The position numbers and the translations under genes were made by a program. Shown here one piece after another: positions 12,401 through 22,129 of a stretch of 64,000 nucleotides of DNA (position 1 is its first letter; each line of letters starts with the position of its first letter). This stretch comes from Ostrea edulis. Taxonomy: Eukaryota. The notes under the pieces are model-generated. The model worked only from the letters and a program-made list of their open reading frames with translations, did no database searches and was not told the origin of the DNA. The DNA lies in contig NC_079167.1 of NCBI RefSeq assembly GCF_947568905.1, positions 8,308,001 through 8,372,000 of the forward strand. The letters are read 5' to 3'.

Positions 12401-13339
12401 AAGAAAATTACTATTGCATTTTCCCACTATACTTGTGTCCAAACATACCTTCAATTTGTAAGGATAGGACTGTTATAAAATAGAGGGGTGGGGTCTCAGT
12501 CAGGGGGGGGGGGTGGTTATCCTGTGTCCTTGAGGATATTTTGTTCCTATTGGTTCTGCAAAATAAAATATACAGTGTGTAGTTTTTTGTAAAAAACAAA
12601 CAAACCATGTGTAACATACAACAGGGTTTAAATAAAGATGTTCAACAAATCATATACTTATTTTGCATGCCCACAATAAATATGTGCATTCTGAATCAAA
12701 TCGATTACCACACACATAATTATTTAAGACCTCTTTCCAATACTGGAGTGTGAACCTGTAGAGCAAACTACCAAACACACCAGGCTTTCTCAGTCTCAAG
12801 ATATTTTTTTAATAACGGAGAGAAGTACATCATCAGCTGCCATACCACTATCTAGCATGCTTTCTTCTTCTCGTATATAAATTCTATATATGTTTATGTT
12901 TTTTAATCTTAATCTGGAATATTAGATTTTGATTGTTTATTACTATTATTCAATTATAATAATAGTATTATCATTATTATCAAATGATTTACAGTAACAA
13001 TGTCCATACCACAGAAGAAACACACACTGCTGTCTACAAAAAGGAAGACAATAAACTAGACTAACCTTTATATTGCACAAATGATAATTAATACATGTCA
13101 GTGCATATTTAGACATTTTTTTTTTCCATTAGAATCTCCTATGCTGTGGAATTTTTGATTGCCATTTCTAATTTTATGATTTCTGAAAATGCATCAAATA
13201 ACAGCAAAAGAAATTCTAAAGATATGAGATCTAAAAGACTTCAGTAAATGATATCACATATCTGATTTAATAGTTAAAACTGGTTGAACTGTTCAAGACC
13301 AATCCTAGTAGATAGTTCTACTACTTATATCAAATCTTG

Positions 13340-13978
13340 TCAGTTAAACATCATGTTCTTCACTTTCATTATTGGTTGCCAAATGTATGATGAGAAAGGG
13401 TCCACCTTCTGATTTTTCGGAGAAAAAGCCTTTCGTCTTTTGGTAGTTTCCTCTGTAATCCACTCCAACAATTTATCAAATTCCGAGTCCACTTCAGCAG
13501 TGGGTTTAACTGTCGTCAGAAAAGCTTCACAAGGTCTCTGTTTCTGAATTTTCCTCAAATCTAATTTTTCCACCATCTCCTCTCTTGTCATGCAGTCTGG
13601 AAGATCCCTTTTATTGAGAGCAATAGCAACAGGAACACCGTTCAATTCATCCTCTGTAAGGATACTATAAAGTAACTCTCTTGCTTCTGTAATTCTCTCC
13701 CTGTCAACACTATCGAAAACAAACACCAATGCCTGAGTGTTTTGGTAGTAATGCCACAGGAGGGGCCGTAATTTTTCCCGAGAGCCTACATCCCACACTG
13801 TCAGCTCTGAATTGCCGAATTTCACTGTTTCAACATTAAATCCTATGGTAGGGATGGTCGTGACAACTTCTCCGAGTTTGTAATGGTACAGTATGCTGGT
13901 TTTACCGGCGGCATCTAACCCCAGCATCAGAAGTCGAATGGGTTCTCGGTGATAATGTATACTACTAAGGTTCCCCAT
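13340..13978 (-). CDS. Atypical Arf-family small GTPase, copy 2 (212 aa, single coding exon)
   Basis: Intact ORF with [25 protein letters not shown] in place of WDVGGQ, NKRD (G4) and a C-terminal extension of about 30 aa relative to Arf1. Confidence 0.96.
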   Translation of the reverse strand: MGNLSSIHYHREPIRLLMLGLDAAGKTSILYHYKLGEVVTTIPTIGFNVETVKFGNSELTVWDVGSREKLRPLLWHYYQNTQALVFVFDSVDRERITEARELLYSILTEDELNGVPVAIALNKRDLPDCMTREEMVEKLDLRKIQKQRPCEAFLTTVKPTAEVDSEFDKLLEWITEETTKRRKAFSPKNQKVDPFSSYIWQPIMKVKNMMFN

Positions 13979-14766
13979 TGCGATTTAAAAAGTCCAGAAT
14001 CAAACATGCCCTATATGTCTAAATGATATTGTGTTACTATGCTTATCAAAACATTTCCACCTGAATGTCGATCCCGAGCATATAATAACACCGAGGGGAA
14101 TCGGGCTTATTATAATCGATAATACCGACCGAGTTATAAAAGCACTGAGACCCTAGGGTTTATTCAAAGAGATAAAAGGAATTTCAGCGGATTTGATTTT
14201 TTAAAAGGTATTTCCATCCTCCTGTGACAAGATTGTGCAAAGTCAATGATTTAATAAGATTTATGCATGATAGGAACATGAATTTTGTCTTTTTAAATAG
14301 TTATTGTAAAAAATCTTGTTAACCATAGAATATCTCAAAAGCCTAAGTTATATATGAATAATCAATTATATGTTTCAAAATATTGAATGTAAGGGCAATA
14401 ACTCTGTTTTGATTGAATTCTTTCTCAATTCCAGTTTGCGATAGATTTTCTTTATTTTTCACAAGCTTTTCGAATATTCTCCAAAGAAACAAATTCATGA
14501 AATTTTCATAATTACTTTTATAAACGATATATTGATTGATTGATTGTTAAGCAAGATGCAATAAATCAATCAAATTGCAAATTTCTGACGTTGTGCTTAC
14601 TGATATTTTATCATTTTAATTTGTTACCAAGATATATTATTTGAAGAATCAACAATCAAATATAATAAAAAAATAAAATCCAATACTCAAACTAGATAAA
14701 AGTTTGAGTATTGGATTTTATATTTTGACTTTATTCTACCCCGATACCAAGAAAAAAGAATTTATG

Positions 14767-14807
<41 letters not shown>

Positions 14808-15130
14808 TGGTATTCAAAATTTCAAGAAAAATCATCAGAAGTGATTCAAGCTATAAATGAAAACGACATGTAATGTAAATTGACTAAATATAATTCAAAT
14901 TAGTTTTATTTTTACGTTAAAATGTGTCATTAAAACTAATAATATTTTCCCAAGAATATGCAAAGTGAAAGCAAGTGTACACCATGGCATTGTTTTCATC
15001 GAGACAATTTTGGCCTTACCCTGATACAAAACTCCCTATCCCTGGTATTCAAATTTTATCAGTTACATTCATTTACTTAACCATAAAGGATTAAACTTTC
15101 TACAAACGTCCTTGATTTTCATCCTTTTCA

Positions 15131-15177
<47 letters not shown>

Positions 15178-15261
15178 CCAAATAGAAAGAGTTGATATCA
15201 CACAGTCAAAATAATTCAATAAAAAAAGCAGGAAAATATACAGTTCCAAAATATATTTAAA

Positions 15262-15302
15262 TCACTAGCGCTTTCTGGATTTTAACATCCATCCTCAGGT
15301 GA
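15262..15302 (-). ncRNA. Minimal type-I hammerhead ribozyme (left arm)
   Basis: Exact reverse complement of 15324-15364. Confidence 0.85.
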
Positions 15303-15323
15303 ATACAAATTAATAATTTGTAT

Positions 15324-15364
15324 TCACCTGAGGATGGATGTTAAAATCCAGAAAGCGCTAGTGA
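15324..15364 (+). ncRNA. Minimal type-I hammerhead ribozyme (right arm)
   Basis: UCAC-CUGAGGA-UGGAU(GUUAAA)AUCCA-GAAA-GCGC-UA-GUGA. Confidence 0.85.
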
Positions 15365-15413
15365 TTTAAATATATTTTGGAAATGTATATTTTCTTGCTT
15401 TTTTTTTTTATTG

Positions 15414-15460
<47 letters not shown>

Positions 15461-15463
<3 letters not shown>

Positions 15464-15547
15464 CACTAAATAATCACAACTAGGTACTGAAAATTTTCGC
15501 CCCAGCCCGGGGTCGAACCAGCGACGTACGGCACCCACCGCCTAGCA

Positions 15548-15549
<2 letters not shown>
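15461..15549 (-). mobile_element. 5'-truncated tRNA-derived SINE in (TA)n
   Basis: Nearly identical to the 3' 88 nt of the SINE at 25752-25884. Retains the B box GGTTCGACCCC. Confidence 0.8.
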
Positions 15550-15601
<52 letters not shown>

Positions 15602-15851
15602 GTATGTATATCACCGTATATAAAATGATAATAATTACTAGTCGCAAGTATATATAAATATAGATATAAATCCAAAAATAGGTATCGTAAAAAAAAAAAT
15701 CTACACAAGTAGTATAATAAAAAGATCATAAAGCCGACTTAGCATACTCGACTAGTTTCTTTGCTTAAGGAGGAGAACTAAGCAATACTCAATATACTCC
15801 TGGAGAAGTTTCGAAACTAGTCGCGAGTATATATTTAAGGAGTGATTTTAA

Positions 15852-16407
15852 ATGGAAAGGCAACCCTAACCACATTGTTGCTTTTAGGAATAAAGTATTA
15901 CTTACTAATATTGTAAATAACTAACTTTACCAACAAAAATCCCTGCTGAACGATTTATTCAATATTAATCTATCATATATTTTGAATTACCAGCCGCCAA
16001 GAGAGCGGCCATTAAAGTTTAATTCATGACGTCACACCATCGGTTCCGGTTTATTTCATCAGCAGCACTGTAAACATGACAAGTCACGAACTGTTTAGTT
16101 AGGAACCGTATATATTTGAGTTCATTATTTCGCAAGAAGAAATTCAAAAAAAAGAAGACGTTCAGTTGAATCGCAGATCATGCAGAGGGTACACGTTTCT
16201 TCATACAAATGTATCGAACCTCAACTTGTCATTACGCAAATGATGGATCCACAGTTTACATAGTCTTTTCTTTTCAGATGACTTGGTGGGGTCAGGAATT
16301 TCGAGAGAAAAAAACCTTTTTTCACATCTCCCCTCCGCATTAGTGTAATTAACTGCTTGACAGGAAGGCACCAACCTGGTTACAATGTATTCGTAAAATC
16401 TACCACA
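15852..16407. mobile_element. Paralogous Kolobok-like derivative with its right end deleted
   Basis: Colinear with 4521-5070. THAP-like frame at 16204-16371 on the minus strand (VPSCQAVNYTN...FFSLEIPDP...LWIHHLRNDKL). Confidence 0.62.
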
Positions 16408-16833
16408 TTCATTCATTCATTCAATATTTTATTCCTCTTTGCAGAGAGTATATCAGAAATATATATATTACATTAAGGATGAATCATAGAACATATGTAC
16501 AAATATGAAAATGTGAGAACAAAAAAAAAAAAAAAACGTACAAGTAGAATCTATACGGTTTGCTTGACAACGGAAAGAAACTCTGTGTATTAAACCAAAG
16601 TATCTCAATTCACCAGCTGACTTTTTATTCCATAAAAAGCCCAAAAAACAGTGCCGTGATGTAAATACACAGAGAGAAAATAGTTCCGGTAGCTGGTTGT
16701 CAAGGAATGTGTCCCCATGCCAAACCAGGTTAAACAAATATAACTTGCGTTCCTGAATTTGACCAATCAGAGACTAGAATACAATACAGTTGATTTTGTT
16801 GATCATCGTGGAATTAATCCTTGAATTATCTAG

Positions 16834-17484
16834 GGTAGCAGGGGACAGTTTCGCACTATGGGCCCGGTCAACTTTTTCAAAAAATGGAAATACCCCATAT
16901 TTGAAGTGATATTATATGTGTAAAAATGTATACAATAATTTTAGGATGCATGTCAAATGTAGATGAGTGCTTAATAAAAATGTTGATATACAACATGTTG
17001 GTGTCACCATCATTCCTAGCATATAGATGGGTGCAAATACGAAACTAAGACACGTGGTCAGTTGCTGAAGAAATTCCGGTGAAAACATGCAGGGTCCAGC
17101 AAAGGGTCTGTAGCTGTGAGGGAAGGTGGATGGCCCCATATAAAAGGTAGATTTTTGAGAAGGGCAGATAGGATTCTTGATTGTGCACAATGTCTAAATC
17201 CCGATATTTGGTACTGTGATGGTGTGGGGGTGGTGCGGATTAGCCCAAATGAGAGAAAATCAAAGCAAAAACGGGGAACCTGCTCAGAGCATGTTTTGTG
17301 CACCAGCACCAGTATTTATAGATTACATGTCATTTAGGGTCATAATTTACTAACTACACTAATATGAAATACAAGTATTGACATAAAAGGGAAATATGAT
17401 TTTTCATTAGTCTGTCATAATCTGACTTTGATGTATACCACCTATCCACATGTTTCAGAACCAAAGAAACTGTCCCCTGACACC
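16834..17484. mobile_element. MITE with 19-bp TIRs and TAG target duplication (PIF/Harbinger-like)
   Basis: ggtagcaggggacagtttc ... gaaactgtcccctgacacc, with TAG at 16831-16833 and 17485-17487. The empty site ttatctagataaa is present in the paralog near 7975. Confidence 0.82.
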
Positions 17485-20174
17485 TAGATAGGGACAAGGA
17501 AAAGCACACATACAGATATAATATATTTAACAGATAAATCTAAAAATATGGCGGAACTGAGAATTCTAGTATTTGATTAATTCATGACAGCTGTTATCGC
17601 ACACAGTGTTGGGCTTTACGGGTACACGCCAAAAGAAATCGTAGAATATTTCAGACCTCACGTCAGCGTTAAAGTTTGTTTTGTAAGTAGTTTAACGTCC
17701 GTCATGAAGAGACATCACCAGCTGTAGGTGAAGTGTCACAAATTTTGGCCTATGCATGACGCTGACAGCTGCCAGTGATGGTCCTTTTATCAATCTAACA
17801 ACTACCATAACACAGGACGTCGATTGTCAAGGTCATATCCAAACATCCGTGATTTTCACTTTTAATGTCGTTCGCTTGAAGAAGGAATACCTGGTAATGT
17901 TATATTCACCAATAGAGTTTTCTACATGTATGTAGACTTCCTTCGCTTCAAACATCTGTCACAATTTTAACCCAGTCCTCTGTATCAGACTCCGTCCAGG
18001 TTAGAAGAATCTCTCTCCTAATAATCCAAATGTTCGACTTTTCCAAGGATGACCCATGTCGTTATGAAGTTTTGTCAGTGCTGACTTTAGAAGCTGTCTC
18101 CGAAGGATAAACGTTGTTTTCCTGAAGATTAAATATTGAGTTTCAAGTTGCCAAGTCTCTCATTATTGTTATGTATCATTTAAATGAAAAGAAATTTTTG
18201 CACTTTTATTTTTGGCAAATTTTTCTCATCCGCCAAAAAGCCAACATTTTCAACACGCCAAAATTACCCGATATACCGTAATCACAACATATGTTAAAAA
18301 TCTCAGGTTTGACGGAAGACGGGATCGAGAACAGAACCCGTCCCTCCTAAATGCAAAGCGAAAGTTCTAACCACTAGGCTTCAGGTACCGGTAAAGCAAA
18401 ATAGCTTTGAAATTGAAAGACTTACTGCTTGTGGGAGTTATGAGATTGATCACTGTTCGTTATCTTCACCTTGCATTATAGAAAAGGGAAGTTGAAATCA
18501 AGATTTTGTTGCTCCGGTGTTTAACCTCAGAAGACAGATTTCATTAATTTGGTTATTTATTTATTATTATTTATTGAAGAATAGGCATATATACAAGAAA
18601 ATAACACATAGAGACATACATTGAAAACGAGAGATCTTGTAAAATACATTGGGTACAAAGGAAAAATCTTTAAACTATTTGATATTAAAAATATGGTGGT
18701 TATACCAGGTAATGTATATGCCTATGCCAAGGATTACTTATGAAAGCCATATGGCTTATTTCCATTGATTGGCAAAGGTCTCTGTATACTGTGATGATAG
18801 TAAGTTAGCTCGTGGAACGCATGGTCATCTGCAAGAAGAAGTTGACTGAGAATGGACAACTCACTGTTAACAAGTAGTGAAAAGAGGTTGGTACAAGGAC
18901 TCTAAATGATATACCGTCCTTAGCTATTACATGTGAATGAAGCCTGTTCAGGGTCAGCGAGAGGATTTTATAAGTGGGGAAAGATATGCTAGTTTTAAGA
19001 ACCTGTACAGTAAATTTATAATGGCGAATTGGTCTCTTTTCATGACTGCAGTTTTCCTTTTCTCTGAATTGAATAGCTATATCCAGCAAAAAAATGGATA
19101 TAGAGCGGAGAGTAAACGAATATTATATCATAAGACAAAGAAGTCCCTTCAGTGGCAGTCAGTAAGATTTCTCCCAAAGAAATCATCCCTTCTCCTGGCT
19201 AAATGGCTACTATATCGTGACCTTTTCCCGCAACAATGGTAATACAGTAATCCCTGTCTATAGGAGTGGCTAATCTTAATTATGATTTTATACTTCATAG
19301 TCATATTTCTACCCTATGTAGCATTTCCTCCCATCCAGACATTTCTCTGTTCACCTGGATATCAATAATTTGCATAAACGTGTACTTTTATCAATAATTT
19401 TTGGACATCCTTGATGAAAAACAAACAAAACACGAGTAACATAGAACAGGGTTTAAATAAAGATGTTTAACAAATCATATACTTATTTTGCATGTCCACT
19501 ATAAATATGTGCGTTCTGAATCAAATCGATTACCACACACATAATTATTTAAGACCTCTTTCCAATACTGGAGTGTGAACCTGTAGAGCAAACTACCAAA
19601 CACATCAGGCTTTCTCAGTCTCAAGATATTTTTTCTTAATAACGGAGAGAAGTACATCATCAGCTGCCATACTACTATCTAGCATGCTTTCTTCTTCTCG
19701 TATATAAATTCTATATATATATTTATGTTTTTTAATCTTAATCTGGAATATTAGATTTTGATTGTTTATTTCTGTTATTCAATTATAATAATAGCATTAT
19801 CATTATTATCAAATGATTTACAGTAACAATGTCCATACCACAGAAGAAACATACACTGCTGTCTACAAAAAGGAAGACAATAAACTAGACTAACTTTTAT
19901 ATTGCACAAATGATAATTAATACATGTAGGTGCATACTTTTACGATAGACATAATTTTTTTTATTAGAATCTCCTATGCTGTGGAATTTTTGATTGCCAT
20001 TTCTAATTTTATGATTTCTGAAAATGCATCAAATAACAGCAAAAGAAATTCTAAAGATATGAGATCTAAAAGACTTCAGTAAATGATATCACATATCTGA
20101 TTTAATAGTTAAAACTGGTTGAACTGTTCAAGACCAATCCTAGTAGATAGTTCTACTACTTATATCAAATCTTG

Positions 20175-20813
20175 TCAGTTAAACATCATGTTCTTCACTT
20201 TCATTATTGGTTGCCAAATGTATGATGAGAAAGGGTCCATCTTTTGATTTTTCAGAGAAAACGCCTTTCGTCTTTTGGCCGTTTCCTCTGTAATCCACTC
20301 CAACAATTTATCAAATTCCGAGTCCACTTCAGCAGTGGGTTTAATTGTGGTCAGAAAAGCTTCACAGGGTCTCTGTTCCTGAATTTTCCTCAAATCTAAT
20401 TTTTCCACCATCTCCTCTCTTGTCATGCAGTCTGGAAGATCCCTTTTATTGAGAGCAATAGCAACAGGAACACCGTTCAATTCATCCTCTGTAAGGATAC
20501 TGTAGAGTAACTCTCTTGCTTCTGTAATTCTCTCCCTGTCAACACTATCGAAAACAAACACCAATGCCTGAGTGTTTAGGTAGTAATGCCCCCAGAGGGG
20601 CCGTATTTTGCCCCTGGAGCTTACATCCCACACTGTCAGCTCTGAATTGCCGAATTTCACTGTCTCAACATTAAATCCTATGGTAGGGATGGTCGTGACA
20701 ACTTCTCCGAGTTTGTAATGGTACAGTATGCTGGTTTTACCGGCGGCATCTAATCCCTGCATCAGAAGTCGAACGGGTTCTCGGCGAGAAAGTATACTAT
20801 CAAGGTTCCCCAT
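20175..20813 (-). CDS. Atypical Arf-family small GTPase, copy 3 (212 aa, single coding exon)
   Basis: Intact ORF with 17 aa differences from copy 2. Switch II reads [16 protein letters not shown]. Confidence 0.96.
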   Translation of the reverse strand: MGNLDSILSRREPVRLLMQGLDAAGKTSILYHYKLGEVVTTIPTIGFNVETVKFGNSELTVWDVSSRGKIRPLWGHYYLNTQALVFVFDSVDRERITEARELLYSILTEDELNGVPVAIALNKRDLPDCMTREEMVEKLDLRKIQEQRPCEAFLTTIKPTAEVDSEFDKLLEWITEETAKRRKAFSLKNQKMDPFSSYIWQPIMKVKNMMFN

Positions 20814-21329
20814 TGCGATTTAAAAAGTCCAGACATTCAGTACTATCAAGGATATTTACGTGTTACTATGCTTATCAAAACATTCTCCTGCGAATGTCGA
20901 TCCCGAAGCATAATCTTTTAATATTATTTCACGTATGACACCGACACCAAACAGTCTTATTATCATCAATAATACCGATCGAACTATGAAAGCACTGAGA
21001 CCCTATGGTTTATCTAAATAGATAAAAGGAATCTCAGCGGATCTGAATAAATAAAAAGTTACGTCGATGAAATGTAGTAAAAACTTTGGCGTTCCAGAAC
21101 TTATCTCTATCACTATTTAAAACGAGGAATTTTGATCTAAAAATAAATTGGTAAACGCTCGCACTCCAGCCTAGATTTCTATCGAGGCCGGTGGCAGGTT
21201 CAGCAGTTAGAATTCACTGCACACAAGTCACATATGTATATATCTAAGTGGCTATAGTAGTGTGCACATTTGTCATTCATAAACAGAACTGTCGCGCAGC
21301 TGACACAGATTAGACCGACAAGGTGAACC

Positions 21330-22089
21330 ATGGCGGGAGATCGGCTGTACAGTTTTCAGACCGGCCAGAAGAATGCCTTCCATGTTGTGGATTATATTCT
21401 TTTTGCTGGATTACTGCTTTGTTCTGCTGGCATTGGATTGTTTTATGCCATTAAAGACAGGCGAAAATCCAACACCAAGGAGTTTTTACTGGCCGGAGGA
21501 AACATGAACCCCATACCTGTGTCCCTGTCTCTCCTGGCTAGCTTCATGTCCGCCATCACTCTCCTTGGGACTCCTGCGGAAATGTACAACTATACCACTA
21601 TATACTGGTGGATAGGACTGGGCTATTTTTTCGTTATTCTTGGAGCGGCCCACGTTTACATGCCCGTATTTTACAGACTCCGTGTGACGAGTTCGTATGA
21701 GGTAAATTATATGCTTTTAAATATCTTTGGAAATAAAATTCAAACAAAAAATTTATCGATCCACATTCATAATTTGGTCACTATTGCATGGACTGTACAT
21801 TCAATATTTATGGCGCTCTCGAGCTTAATCATGTGTATTTTGATCACACTAATAGGAGAGAAAGAGAGAGAGAGAGAGAGAGGCTATCTCGACAAACTCT
21901 ATTTATCTTTCGTACAAACATGGGGGTCCGCGCGCGAGATGCATGTATACACACTTAAATACAGTATTATCATAATAGGGACTGATGTACATGTTTGCAT
22001 TTAAAGCAAACTAAAACTTACTTGTAGTACCCTATCGGAACTTTCAGTGTGTACCGAACACGCGTTAGTGGTTTTTTCTTCTTCTTTCT

Positions 22090-22129
<40 letters not shown>

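Larger units (their letters stand above)
15211..15419. mobile_element. Near-perfect palindrome made of two tail-out PLE-type terminal repeat fragments, inserted in (TA)n
   Basis: Arms of about 102 and 106 bp around centre 15313. Each arm carries a hammerhead. (TA)n at 15134-15174 and 15418-15461. Confidence 0.85.
1..21089. repeat. Tandem segmental duplication carrying the Arf-like gene (ATG-to-ATG spacings 13,714 and 6,835 bp)
   Basis: Colinear homologous blocks: 265-568 ~ 13979-14208 ~ 20814-21089; ~600-965 ~ 14770-15132; 4290-5070 ~ 15625-16407; 7683-9845 ~ 16538-19415; 12590-13978 ~ 19418-20813. The length difference is explained by unit-specific insertions and deletions. Confidence 0.92.

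Noticed and set aside
17058-17337. ORFs inside the 651-bp MITE as a possible captured gene
   Set aside because: They are short, I recognise no motif in any frame, and there is no splice or codon support. A profile search would be needed to revive this.
21702-22004. Continuation of the 224-aa ORF 21330-22004
   Set aside because: SLC5 similarity stops at SSYE, where there is a GAG|GTAAAT donor. The rest is intron read-through including an (AG)n tract.
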